Of a stretch of 64,000 bases of DNA, positions 14,101-29,184 are shown piece after piece. How positions within the stretch are numbered: the first letter of the stretch is position 1; each line of letters starts with the position of its first letter. Position numbers and translations under genes: made by a program. The stretch is taken from positions 148,697-212,696 of the forward strand of contig RBZT01000415.1 of the NCBI GenBank assembly GCA_003693705.1. Reading direction: 5' to 3'. The notes under the pieces are model-generated. The model did no database searches, was not told the DNA's origin, and worked only from the letters and a program-made list of their open reading frames with translations. Origin of the DNA: Polymyxa betae A26-41. Lineage: Eukaryota; Protista; Endomyxa: Phytomyxea.

Positions 14101-14498
14101 CGCTTTTGCCTATTGGTTCAAGGTTGAACAACAAATTTTCACGTATATAGCTCAGGAAACGGAATGAGCAAACATTCCTCAAGTACAACGAGGAATACTT
14201 CAAAGAAGTGGGAACATACTTTAGCATCGAGCAGTTCTTGGGTTTTAGCAAGCTCATACTGAACATTCCGAAGATGCTCAGCCATAATATCGATACGTTC
14301 TTTACAGTCAGCAATCTGTTGCGTTCGCTTCTCCAACCGCTCCTCTTTTTTCTGCAGTCGCTTGTGCAAGCTGCGGTAGGATTTCGATGCCCATGACGGA
14401 ACCAAGTTGGTATCGACATTGTGGCGGTAAGTGGATTCGGCATCATAGTCGTCTGACTCCGATGGCGGTAGAACGCCAGGAATCGGATCTTCGGCCAT
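11125..14498 (-). CDS. CCDC39: Coiled-coil domain-containing protein 39 (FAP59), axonemal 96-nm ruler
   Basis: ERIDIMAEHLRNVQYEL, IAEQELSRLRSDI, QKNWNQ, QIELDRMAIDFKEMHFQRQEIVSQWE, IEFQLQQMERKVVRASG, SQARYIIEAAQQKEELIRTGDMLNSAVKEEEK across many exons. The 3' end is uncertain. Confidence 0.9.
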
Positions 14499-14984
14499 AA
14501 CGGCCTGAGCACCCGGATGGAATGCCTGGATCGAAATATGGTACCATAGTTCGATAGTGCCCGATTCGGCATAGGCGGCCGGCAAGGCAGATCTCTGCAA
14601 CCAGACATGAAAGACTACTATTAATACTGACAAGCATAATAAAACGGAGTCGCAATTGTGGCTACCTATATTGGTCTTCCCATAATCGCATCATTTTCAC
14701 ATTTTGATACTCACAAACTTTATAACGGAGTTACAAGCTTATGATTCACTGGGTTTTGTTGTGGTTGGTAGCATCGATCTAATCTAGTCCAATCCAACGC
14801 AGGCCAGCCTGATCATGCTGTCGTTGTATGTACAGTGAAATACCATCCAGTCTTGGATTCCTTTTGCTTGGATGTGATCTGAATGTGATCTGAACGTTCA
14901 TCTGGTTTTTGCTTGTTAAAACCTTGGATTTCCTCGCAACTATTTTGCGCATACTGCCTACTGGTTCTCTGAGGTTCGGCGACA

Positions 14985-16564
14985 ATGTCAAATCAGGCCG
15001 AAATTCCCGATTCTGAGATGTCAGCTGCCGAGCTAAAGCGTTTGCAGAAGGAAGAACGTCGCCGGCAGTTTCAGGCGTCTCGCCCGGATTTGGTTGGGAA
15101 GACGAAGCCCGGCAAAGCTGAGCGTAAGTCGGCAACGAATGAAGCAAAATCCCCTGCTGTCGAATCACAAACGAAAGATTCGAAGCGAAGATCTCCAGAC
15201 GCTGTGGTCAAAGCTGATGGTAGTCGTAATAAATCTGTTCTCGTGTCAAACCAAGTCGACAAAGAGAATCTGGAACGAAAACCAACAAATACCTGTCGAG
15301 GCTTATTCGATCATCTCCCTTCTTACAAAAAGTTATCGTCTTCGGCATTGCATATTAAAATGGGTGCAGCTCATGATATTCATCCTACTTTTTTGTCGCT
15401 TGGGTTGTGTCTAGCAAAGCAAGTGCTTACTGGTAAGTCTTCTGTCAGATCGTTGGACAATCTAGTTGATCTCTATCTAGGAGCAAACTCTAGATCGCTT
15501 GCTTTATTGAACTCGATAAAGCAGTTACTGGATGGCTATGAATGCCCTGCTGAAAAGAACTTCTCTCGTGATTTTGAAGCAATCTTGGCCAGGCATATCG
15601 CCTTCATCAAGAATATCACGTTAGTGGACTGTTTGCCCTCCAGACTGCCTCTGATTTTACGCTCAGTCCTCTATCGGTTGCGATGAAAAATGTGGCAACT
15701 GCTATCAGTTCCGCCGTTTCTAAACTTGATCCTATGATTGCGCATTCGCAGGTAAAATATACCTTTCTGCTAAGAACTGGAGTTCCTATTGTTTTGCAGG
15801 CGAAACGCGAACTCTTTGAATTCATTGAAAAATACTCTGACGAACGTATAGTCTTCGCTATAAATGCTATTGCTAAATTATCAGAAGACAGGATTAAAGA
15901 TGGCGAGGCTATCATGATCTACTCGAGGTGAATATCCGAAAACATTATCACAATTGTCCCCAACAATTTCCGTAAAGGTGCCATTTGATTGAGCAGATCA
16001 TCATCAACGCTTACAACAAAGGCGTCGTGTTTCGCGTTATAGTCGTGGATTCCAGCCCATGTCTCCATGGCCGGCGAACGCTTCGAAGATTGATTCGGGA
16101 ATGTCCTGGACTGAGCTGTTCCTATGTTTTGATCCAATCCGTGACCTTTGCCATGAAAGAGGTTTCGAAAGTGTTCTTGAGTGCCACTGCTATGATGTCG
16201 AACGGCGCTGCTCAAGGTCGTGTTGGCACTGCAGTCATTGCTGTTATGGCGCAGACCTATCATATACCTTGCATAATGGTCTGTGAAAGTCGAAAGTTCT
16301 CAGAAAATGCTCAGGTATTCGGAACCTTTTAATTATGCAGCATGTTCATTTATTCTTGAAAATTAGGTCAATGCTATCACCAGAAACGAACTTTGCGATC
16401 CAGAGCCGCTTCTGCATGGGAAGCTTCGAGATATGCCTGGTTTAAGCATATTAAATTTGGCTTATGATATAACCCCTGCGCATCTGATTACCATGGTCAT
16501 TTCTGAGGTTGGCTGCATTCCAGCAACAAGCGTGCCTGCTGTGACTCGTGAGTTTCATTCCTAA
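14985..16564 (+). CDS. EIF2B4: Translation initiation factor eIF2B subunit delta
   Basis: MSAAELKRLQKEERR N-terminus, LFDHLP, IHPTFLSLG, FRVIVVDSSP, SNGAAQGRVGTAVIA, VCESRKFSE, LNLAYDITP, GCIPATSVP; TAA at 16562-16564. Confidence 0.92.
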
Positions 16565-16875
16565 ATCCACATTCAGGGGAATATTTTCCAGTATTCAGTA
16601 TGAAACAATTAAAATTGATATGCCAGCCGTCGTGCCTATTACTTCTCCTTTTCTTGCCCGCTGCCGTCCTTGTAAACTTTTGTTTGTCTAATTTGCATAT
16701 AAATACTTGTTTAGTCGTGATCTGAATTCATCAAAGCACAGAATGGCTAACTTAGACTTTGGTTTAGCATGAATTGGAGAGTGTGTACCAGCTAGATAGG
16801 CTCATGACTTTAGCGTAGCCGTGAACGGTGAGCCGAAGTTAACCGTAGCGCTCAGTGTGCCATCAACGCTTTCAA

Positions 16876-18833
16876 ATGGCACCCGATTTCATGCCTCCAA
16901 GTCTGGGTCTATTTCTTGTTCTCCTAGTTATACCCATGGGGGTAGCGTCGTTGGATGATCTGCGAGATAGTGTTTCTGTCATCATGCCGACGACGTTGGC
17001 CGAACAGATCGGGGGCAATGGAAGGATTCCAGCCAAATCTGCGCTTTTCGGAAAGGTTTCCAATCCTCATTAGCTTGTTGCTCACTGTTAGACCTATTTA
17101 CTCTAGTTTTATTATGGAAGGATACTGGACGCACCCTTCAGTTTACTGAAGCAGAATGAAACCGACACTGCGTATCTCGCCTGCGATAGCTTCAAAATGG
17201 ACGTTGAAGATTTGGAGCGACCGTAATGTATGTTATCAAAACGTAGTAGATACTCATCCTGATTCACAGATTCATTGCATTGGTACGTCGTGGCGGCGGA
17301 TGCACTTTTGTTCAGAAAGCGCGGAATGTTCAAGATGCTGGGGCTGCAGCTATGGTCATTGTTAACGATGACACAAAAGAGCCGGATTATATGGGTTAAC
17401 ATATCTATCTACTATGCTGTAATTGAATAATGTCAACTTAGGAATTTCACAAACGGAATATGGACTGAGCACAACCATTGATATTCCAGTTATGATGATT
17501 CGACAGGTAATTTATACCATTTTTTAAGTTACGATATCGGACCAAGGTTATAGGCTCCCGGCGATCAAATCATCAAAGGCCTTGTTGAATCCGGTAAGGT
17601 TCGCGGACAACTGCAGGTCCTTAAGCCAAACCCTGCAATGAATCAAGTAGGTATCATACATCGGTTTGAATTTTATTAACTCCCGTAATAGCGTTTGAAC
17701 GTGGATTTGTTTTTACGCTTGGATGGGATTCATGCTGAATTCATGAAAACGTTTTCCTTGGCGTTAGCGAGCTTAGGAGATACCGTAAACCCATCAGTTC
17801 ATTTTATCATCGGTTAGCGATTAACAGTAATTTTACATCTGTATTAATGGTGCCATTAGATGAATGGAAAGACTGGCGTGATTCTGAATCCTGTACAAAC
17901 AATAAAAGATATTGTGCTCAAAGCCGAGATGTAGTTGTAGAGACTTTGAGACAGCTTTGTATATTCAAGGAGAAAGGCTGGAAATCATGGGCATCATATT
18001 ACAAGTAACGCTTTATCCTTCGAACAATTTCCGACATTTACCTTCTGCTTAGCGAATGGGTCGGCAAGTGTGGCTCAGTCAATGATTTTTCGGACACTTG
18101 CTTTCGGCAAATATACAATGAAGCTGACGGTATTGAAAGCTGTATTCGTCAAAGCGGGGGACTTGAAGCCGACCAACCTAATGACCTGCTCGAACCTCAA
18201 GTCAGTTTAAATTTCATCATTGATTAGTGGCGATATCTGATTTTGTCAGCTTCGTGATCCGCGCCAAATTCGGTACGCTCCGCTACTGCTCATCAACGAT
18301 GCGGTTTTTGAGAGTCAGCTTACGTGTAATTCGGTCCATGATTGTGCACCTCTATCCTTTCTTTGCATGATGTTCGCCGACAGTGATCAGGTATATTTGA
18401 AGTTTCATTCGCTTCTTTTAGTGGTTCCATTATGACCATCTTTAGCCTTCGACCTGCTTTACATCATCAGCTTGTGAATCATTTGGTGAAGTCCCAGATG
18501 TTTGCGGCACTTGCCGGCCTTTTGGAGATATTGCTGCGATATCAGATCCTTTAAAATGCCAGACTTCTTCGTCATCACCTCATGTGCGATTTGCTACAAT
18601 CCTGATAATATTTGTGATGGTAACTCTATTTGTATTCCTCCTCATTGTTTCCATCAATCGACATCTACGTAATCTAATGCGTCGCGAGGTAGTAGGTCTG
18701 ATTCACATAAGTATTTTCTCTCACCAGTTGTTAGGTCGATGCTATTATGAACGAGTATACCCCACTTCATGATACAGATCCCGATCATGTGTATTCCACT
18801 GTTAAGGATCCTTACAGAATTCCTGCCGCTTAA
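16876..18833 (+). CDS. Vacuolar sorting receptor (plant VSR/BP-80-like): signal peptide, PA domain, thioredoxin-like domain, TM helix, YxxL tail
   Basis: Hydrophobic signal; ALFGKFYYG; ALVRRGGGCTFVQKARNVQDAGAAAMVIVND (PA); VVETLRQLCIF...W; TM helix at ~18590-18655; tail MRREVDAIMNEYTPL (compare the plant VSR EIRxIMAQYMPL). Confidence 0.8.
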
Positions 18834-19142
18834 TGATTTTTCATAAATTGCAATTTATCAATACATTTCGTCTAGAATCTGTGCTTGGACACTGGGCTGT
18901 ACTTTCCGCTTGCGCACACTTTCTTCAACAAAGTGACTTTTCTATCCGCTTTTACCTTCTCTTTGATGGCAATTACCCATTGCTTTCGCTGTCACGATCG
19001 TCACAGCGAACCAGGAGGATATAATAGCAACCTGAAATCACTTGGAAATATCCAACCTTTCAAGTTCGAGTCCACCCATATCAGGTCAACTCCATACTTT
19101 GAGCGTCCTTCTTATCGCCATAGTCATTGCCAAAATTTATAT

Positions 19143-21000
<1,858 letters not shown>

Positions 21001-21185
21001 GACCCATTGTATCTTGATCTATAGATGATTTTGTCAGTCGTGCAATAAATTTCGATATTATACTACGTATACGCTCATATGTGCTCATTTTCACATTCTG
21101 TAACGGGAAAAGGCCGAATCTGCGGCTCTGTCGTGTCGTGAGGTTTATCTGCTTTAGAAGTTGTCGCGTAGACTTTGTTTTCTGT

Positions 21186-23754
21186 ATGAAATTCGGTAAA
21201 TCTATCAGGTCCTGGATAACACTTCGGTTCGATGCCATCAAACTGACATTTATGAAGGCTTGAAGCCAATCTACCATGGAACACCCGCTGGACCGATTAC
21301 TACTTGAACTATAAATATTTCAAGCAGCTGATCAATCAGCTAGCTCAATTCAGTATATAACCATTTATTTAAAAAATTGACTGACTAATTTATACATGTC
21401 AGCGCCTGATCAGGAAGAAAAGGCGAGAGAAGCGATCGCGGGCAACTGCCAGAGCAAATTACATCGAAAAATTTCGTTGCCTTATATAGAATCCGAATCG
21501 GATGTTAATGGAATAGACGAGAGAAAGTTTAACGATGGTTTGTAAATTTTAACAACTTGATGTCTATCGCTAAATTCATTTAGACAAAAAATCGCAAAGT
21601 ATTCAACGCACGGGGAGCGAGTTGAAGTTCAAACTTGAGACATCGTCTGACTTTCGATGTCGTTACTTTTTGGAAGAGTTCCGGCGAGAATTTGTCAAGA
21701 TCGATCTGTTTTGTGGCAATAGTTTGGCCAGTATAAAGAAGAGAATTGATACTGCACGAGATGATCCTGAACGAATCCGAAAATCTCTGTAATTCGTGTC
21801 TTTGTGAGTTCTGGTACACTTCCTTATTTTTGGAATCAGATTATCTACAACATTGCTCATGATCCGCTTGGAACAATTTATTATTATGAATTTTGCCGGC
21901 CTTGATAAAATTGTCAAAAAGTGGGTTGTCGGACTATAAAATACTGGGAGTTTAACCATTTTTCAGGTTTGATAAAATTATCGGCGGTAAGGAGCCGTAT
22001 CCGAATAGCTATAAGTATTCATCTTCCATGAAACAAACTACCACATTTCTCATTTGCTGTACATCATAGGCGGATATTAGATGAAACGAGCCCTCGTGTT
22101 GCTACACAAAAGCATCATCATTTAAACACACTTGCAGAAATTCGAGCTCTTGTAGCCGAAGAAATGGTACAGTTTGACTTCAGCACATTTCTCGGGTAGA
22201 GTTCCCATGTTTACAGATTAAATGCGGACCTTCGTCAGCGCTTGAAGAAGACGAAGCTACTCAAAAGGAACTTGACGAAACTGCCGTTGAAGATGACATT
22301 CCGACCTTTACCCAGCTTAATATTGAGGCCCTGCCTCCCGCCAGCGTCACTCGGATGAGGATCGTTCTTGGCACGGATGCGCTTGGTTTTAATATGACTG
22401 TTCCCGTCGTTGTTGCTAAAGGAGCATTTGCGGGACCTGTGCTAGGTGATTTAACATTTTTCCGGCAATGGCCTTCGACGGAATGGTTGCCGTTGTCATC
22501 CTGTAATCTAAATGCTCATTTGGTGTAGGAGTTACATCGGCGCTGCACGGAAATGAACTGAACGGGATTCCGTTGATCTTCCGTCTTATTCGAGAACTGG
22601 AGGTTGAATACCTGAATGGGACTGTGGTCGCCATCCCAGTTCTCAATCCTCCCGGATTCTTAATGCATCAGCGTGGCTTCCATGATGGCCAAGACCTCAA
22701 CAGGCTGTTTCCTGGAAATCCTAACGGAAACTGCGGCCAGGTTTGGGTTTTCAGTATTTTTATCAACAAAAGTTTGAAAAGGCATTTAATTATTAAAACG
22801 GGCCTTTAGCAAACTAATTTTGCCTTTCTGTACAGGTCTATGCGTATAATGTTCTGAACATAATTGTACGAAAATTCAACTATCATATTGATCTACATAC
22901 TGCCAGTTTTGGTCGTGTCAATTCCTTGTACGTTCGTGCTGATATGAACAATCGCATTACACACCAGATGGCATTACTTCAAGAACCTCAGATTATTGTA
23001 CACAACACTGCACCAGATGTGAGTACTGATTTCCATTTGATTCGGGTTTATCAACTATAATGCAGGGTTCATTAAGATCGGCTGCTATGAATCTGAACAT
23101 TCCGTCAATTACTGTGGAAATTGGAGACCCTGTAAGTGCAACATTTTTTCTCTTTCTAACTTTAGGTTGGGAAAGGTCTCTCCATTAGCTTTTTTTAATT
23201 CCATCATTGCTGCAGTCGAGAATTCACCGCAGATTCGTTTCGTCGGCGCTGTTGGGCGTTGAAAACATCTTACATTCCCTTCATATGGTGATTAGGGAAG
23301 ATCCTGAACCAAATTCCGAAGTCACTGTGCCAACAAGTAATGGTCATGATCTTTCATCCTAAGTCATCCTCACGATTGCTTACAGTTTGCGCCCGATCAT
23401 TTTGGATATTCGCTAAGCACGGCGGGTTATTAACGGTGCGACCTGAGATAAACACATGGGTTGAGAAAGGCCAGGTAATGTGAAACGTTTTCGCTTCGTT
23501 TTTGCTTATCGTGCTGTGAAGTTCCTTAACGTCTCTCTTGCTAGTGCTTTCACATGAGTATTTATATAGCTTTTTAGGTGATTGCCCAAGTTCGCAATGT
23601 ATTCGGCGACATCACCGCCACGTACCGGGCGCCTCTTGATGGAATCGTGGTTGGGAAATCTGTCGATCCCGTATGCTCTACTGGTGATCGCGTTATCCAT
23701 TTGGGTGTTGTTGAATCGTCATTTCCGGCTGTTGTTAATGACGGCCACACTTAA
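21186..23754 (+). CDS. SPX domain fused to succinylglutamate desuccinylase/aspartoacylase (AstE/AspA, M14) family deacylase
   Basis: Spliced MKFGKSIRLEANLPWNTRWTDYYLNYKYFKQLI, FLEEFRREFVKIDLF and LEQFIIMNFAGLDKIVKKFDK (SPX). In frame through intron 22167-22216 to VTSALHGNELNG, DLNRLFPG, IDLHTASFGR and SITVEIGDP. TAA at 23752-23754. Confidence 0.85.
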
Positions 23755-24214
23755 TTTCAAGGGTTAAGGCTATTTCAACGCAAGGCCTTTTATCTTCATC
23801 GACAATTTCTTCAGCCATTTATAAACTGATTATATTCGGTTATGCGGTTCTTCAGGTGAATTAAAATCTAATCCTGCCCAGTCGATGGAATCTATTCACG
23901 TTACCACTCATGTAACGTTTCTGAATTGGGTCCCCACATTTCCATTTGGAGATCAACTGTAGAGGACTTCATATTGAAATACTGTCGATTCTATGAGGGC
24001 TTTACAGACCTTACCGGCTTTGCAGGGTTGGGTTCGAGACCTGCAGGACGCAGCGAACAGCGAGGAGTTTCAAAATTTGATAGGTCACATTGAGCAGTGG
24101 ACCCGCCGTAGGTTTTTAATGTCAGACCATTATGGTAGCAACAATATGGGTTTGTAGGAGCACATGATGAACTGGGCAAAGACCAATTGAGAGGAACCGT
24201 TCCCATTTTGCTCA

Positions 24215-27200
24215 ATGAAGCCGCTGTTGAGCTCTTCAATCTTTCAGTTTATAAAGGAGAATCACTCTCGGTGTCTGCAAAAGCAAAAAGTAACTTCCTG
24301 CGAAACGTTGTTTGTAATCAAGCCTGAACACTTGGATTTGATAGTTCGCTCAGCCGCTTGCTCACTACTAAATCTGCCATCAAACGATGATATGAGTTGT
24401 AATGACTCTTGGCTTCGGATACACTACTTCACTGCTGCAGCATGGCATGATGCCAAAGATTTCGAGCAAGCTGAACTTTTTTTACAGATTGCAATTGAGA
24501 GTCGCCTTTTGACCTCCGATTCGCGCGAGCTGCCACCTGAGATTCGAGAGATTGCTTTTAACATTTACAGCTTGCGATCAGATAACGTTGTTAGATCTAG
24601 CGTCCTTAACTTAACCGCTCATAGCTATACTGCAGTTTTGGGCCATGGACCGACAACCAGACGCAAAATTAATGGCTTTGAAAGCTTTGAAGAACTTGGA
24701 TCTCTCAGCAGCAGTATGGCTCCACGTAAAACTTTATAATAAAGGTAAGACAGACGCCAATGTTTTCGTTTGAATATTCGTTTAATGCTTTGTCTAGGAG
24801 TAAAATTGTATCAAAGTTCCTCAATGGATAAAGCGGCCGAATGGCTTAAAATGGTAAGTAAGCGATTGTGTCCGAGCTTCATTTTGACACATAGCACAGA
24901 GCCTTGAAGCATTAGCAAACGAAACGTCCCATCCTCAAGCAGAAGAAAAGCGAAGTCGGACGCTTCGGGCTCTCTCTTTAGCTCTGAAAGCATCCAATAA
25001 ATTCAACGAAGCTTTGCAGATAATTGATCGTTGTCTTGAATCTGGAAGCAACGATGTGGATAGTCTGTATCTGAAAACTGAACTGCTTATCCGATTGGAG
25101 GTGGGTCATCTGACTCCCCTTGATGTTTTAACATGTTGCTTGTTCAGAAATATGACAACGCTTCGGATTGTCTTCTTCAGACTATTCGCCATTCAGGATG
25201 CGGCCAAAAGATGTAATCGGTTTGCTTCTGGAAAATCGATCATTGAATCTTTTAGGGGAGTGGCATTATGCCAGTTATTCAAAGAGGCAGGCCAACCGAT
25301 GAAAAGTATTTTAGGCTACAACGAACTTTTAGTTAAATTTCCGGAATCTTCAAGATTAAAGATTTTGAAGCTTCGGTGCTCATTTGCAACCGACGATGTC
25401 GAAGCAGGCGCGCAGATAGCTGACCAGGGTAAAAGAACGTCTTTGTGCAATTCTTGTTGGCAAACTGGTATTCATTGTCCAAGTCATATCTGATCATTTA
25501 TCCGCCCGGAGAGAACTCAGCGATGAAGAGATAGAAGAATTTCGGAATGTCTTGAACAATGTCGCCCTTCATTTTTTCGAGGTGGGACACTTCGCAATTT
25601 TGCCTTACAGCTGAGTTCCTAAAGATCCGAATATTTCACTCCTGTTCCGAATGGATTGCAAGAACCGAGCGATTAGCTATGTGCAGACAGGGTGATAATA
25701 AGAGCATCTATATGTGTAGATGCGCTTTGTCGATAGCGGAAGTTGAACAAGGAAACACAAGTCAGGACCATTCCAGCTTTAGTATGAAAACCTGATTTGT
25801 TTGTAGATGAGGCTCTTCAGTGTGCGTTGAAAGCCGATAGTCTGTGTCCTCAATTGAGCCTAGCGAAATTGGTTGCAGCTCATTGTTATATAAACCTTAA
25901 CGATCCGGAATCAGGTATGCTTTCAACTAAGCGAAAGCAATCATATCTTAAACTGGAACAGCCACACAGCGCTTGAAAGATGCATTCAGTTGTCACGAGT
26001 TTGATCGCAAATATTTGTCCATAGTTCTTAGCCAGAGCATAAAAGTATATATGGACTGAACAAAATGGTTATGATTTCACCCTTTTATTAGGCTAATTTT
26101 TCAGAATGTGCTGCATTATGTATAGAAGAGCTGCTTTCTTCAAAGACAGATCCTTCCGATCAGGTTGTAGGGTTGAGCAATCAATGGTCTTCCTGATAGA
26201 TTTAGGTGACGTTTCTACAATGTGCTGTCGACTTGCAATACAAAATCGCTTGCTCAAACTCTGAAAGGTTACAAGGAATTATCAGCGTTTGTTTGATTCA
26301 AAATCTGTTTCACAGTCCTGAATCTGGCAATTTGCAGCAAGCATTGAACCGTATATGCCAACATTTACGTTCCGCTATCCACCTTAGTCAGGAGAGGCAT
26401 TTGGAAGCTTCGACGAGTCCAAGTGCCTTCGCAGATGTTAAAAGAGATGCAGATTGGTTTGGGAAAATTGCATGGAATTCTGGGTAACCCTATATTTCTT
26501 TTGGTTGCCATTTTTAAAATTAAAATTTTCTAGGATCCTTTGCTCAAAAAATAAGCTTATGCTGGAATGTTCTGAGTTCTTTCACATATCGGCAGTTTTT
26601 TGTCAGGTTTGCTCTGGGTTTACATTCCTCCATTGCAGATAACTATCAGTATAGATGATTCTAGGAGAAAATGATAGCGATACATGTAACCGGTTATTAA
26701 TAAGCTTATGTATGAGCGGTTCTGCAGTGATGCAGCATTTATCGCGATTGCAGCAAAGCCCAAAATTCGGAAGCGATTCCGAGAACCTATGCAATTTTTG
26801 TCAAAATCGAATTCGCGAATTTCATGTTGCTGCGAAATCTACGCTGGGGAATGGTCTGTTGAATAACCTGTACCCAATTATTCATATTCTTGAATTACAA
26901 GTGAAGCTTATTCTTGGGGATCCTAACATTGATATCCACGTCCGGGTCAGATATCTTCTGAGTTTATGTCCCGGGTCTAATAATGAGCTCTTTAGAATGC
27001 TGTTAATATTCCCGGATGGAAAGCCACATTATTTGAAGAAATTGCCTCTATTTGCTTGATGCCACCTTTTCTTAGGCGTGATGGTATGCCGATTTACCAC
27101 GAATCGGACTGACTTTCAATACGATTTTTAGTTGCAGTCTCTGCTTTGCGGAGCTTGTTGTCAATGGAAATGGCACAAAATCAACATCAAGGACTAACTC

Positions 27201-27601
27201 TCAACATCGAACACATTTCGAAAAATATTCGCCAATTAATAACTCTATCTGATAACATTGATAGACAGCTTCCTTTCTTTGAGCAAGCACAGAGTTTTGT
27301 CTTACACATTGCAAGTTCAGCTACCTCATACCCAAGATTGGAAGCTCAGTGGCTTGTTTCCCGATCGTGGAATAATGGAGTCATCGCATACAGGTACTAT
27401 CTATCGCGAAACGTAACATTTTTCCTTCTCACAACTGCTTTTAGGGCAGGAAGTTGGGAAAGCGCAGAAATGTGGATGTCGAAGTCTATCCAATTGTCCA
27501 ATATGTTCGGTGATAGCTGCACCAGTAACCAAGAGGAGATGATAAGGTCGCATGCATTTGTTCTCTCAAGACTGCAACAATACTCAAAAGCTGCGAAATA
27601 A
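24215..27601 (+). CDS. ZIP4: Meiotic TPR protein ZIP4/SPO22/TEX11
   Basis: Long helical/TPR multi-exon protein with DADWFGKIAWNSG and C-terminal YPRLEAQWLVSRSWNNG...AEMWMSKSI, characteristic of ZIP4/TEX11. Confidence 0.75.
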
Positions 27602-27698
27602 ATTGCCAGCCAAGTAATAACCAATATTAAGTAGATTAATTAGAAACATGGATCTTCTTTACCGGAATCCTGCTTGACACAACGATTCTTGCAAAAGC

Positions 27699-28807
27699 TC
27701 AACTTCTCCATAGAAATCTCCAGAAACTGTTGTAAGACCATGAAGGTCCTTTGTTGCTCAAACTGGGGCCGTTTTCCATTTCCGGAGCCATCTTGTCAGC
27801 CAAGCGTGTCCGGACCCAATGATTGTATTGATAGAAAGGAACTGCACTTGCTTCTTTAGCCAGGCTTTCATACAACTAGTCTAAATCAGTAATGGCCAGA
27901 GAGATCAATGAAAAAATTGAACCTCTTCGTTGGAAATCGTAAAGGCAGCTCTCGATAATCCTCTCTCAACAAGATCAATTTTACATGCCATCGCTGTCTG
28001 CCATAAATTAAACATCATTCGCATACATTCAGAGGTTCTTACAAGAAAGAAGAAATCCAAAAGAACATCATTTCCGTGCCGTTCGTCATCAATTTCCACA
28101 TAGCCTTCGGAAGTAAACCGTTCAGAGGCGCCAAGCTTCACAGCACTTGATCTTCTTATTCCTGTTCGCTTGTGATGACATTGATTCACTGTGCTAAAGG
28201 ATACATCGCGAGAATTTTCTATCTGCTTCAGATTAGTTTCAGCCTGTAGCAATTTGATCTTCGTGTTATTCAATTCCTGCTCAAGTCGACGTATTCGAGC
28301 GTATGACTTTAACACGAGCAATGAGTTCGCCATGGACATGGTATCGACTCGGGATTCGAGCTGGAAACAGTGCGCCCGGATGGCTTCAATATCACGACAT
28401 CTATCGCTCTCTCTAGCCCTAATTGCTTCCGCCTGATCTGCGATCGCTCTCCTTTCTATCTTTAGCTTTTTTTGGTCAGCGTGGATCGTAGACAGCACCG
28501 CTTGAAGTGACTTCTCCATACGACTTGCGCGCCCTTCATCAACGGATGAAGATCTGGCTTGCTGCAATTCAGCGAGCTCTGCTGATAGCGTTAAGATCTC
28601 TTCATCACTAGATGTTAGCTTTCGCCGAAGGTCGGCAACCAGCTCGCTTAAAGCACGTTCTCGTTCCAGAGCTTCACGAAGCTGTTGACGAAGGTCCTCA
28701 TTGGCATTCAACAAACTGGTGCCTAGTTCGGCGGCCAAACGCAGGTCTTTGGACATTTCAGTGACAACTGCAACTTCTTCTTCCTTAGGGGCGCGTGATA
28801 AGACCAT
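27699..28807 (-). CDS. Coiled-coil protein with CC1-box-like motif (candidate dynein adaptor) and small C-terminal helical domain
   Basis: SKDLRLAAELGTSLLNANEDL, then a long coiled coil. After two introns: DFFFLTAMACKID...ISNEELYESL...VPFYQYNHWVRTRL; TGA at 27699-27701. Confidence 0.65.
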
Positions 28808-29184
28808 AGCGACGGCAAAGATTGAGCAAAGGGACGCGCGGATGTGTGCTGATAGAGTATCTCAGGACGTTGCTGTTTATCAAACTTCGTTTTTGAGATC
28901 GATTCTGTCACCAAACGGCCAGATGCCTGCCGATGTCTGAAACTGCAAGATACTTTCCTCACATGTTATCAACGACCAGAAGCAACAGCGCACAGTCAAT
29001 CTGGCCAGAGTAGGAAACTCTATCTGTTTTTTGTGATTTGATTCCCTAAATATCCTCTTTGAAGCTTCTAATAACACTTAAATATCAACATGTGTAGGTC
29101 TAGTGTTAAGCTAATGAACTTAGAGTGATTCACATCATTTGATCTCAGAGCGAATTCTGTCATGCCGAGATCAGGTTCTGATTT

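Noticed and set aside
24020-24046. B-box-like GGTTCGAGACC in a hairpin (possible tRNA or SINE)
   Set aside because: No acceptor stem, D arm or anticodon arm can be built around it.
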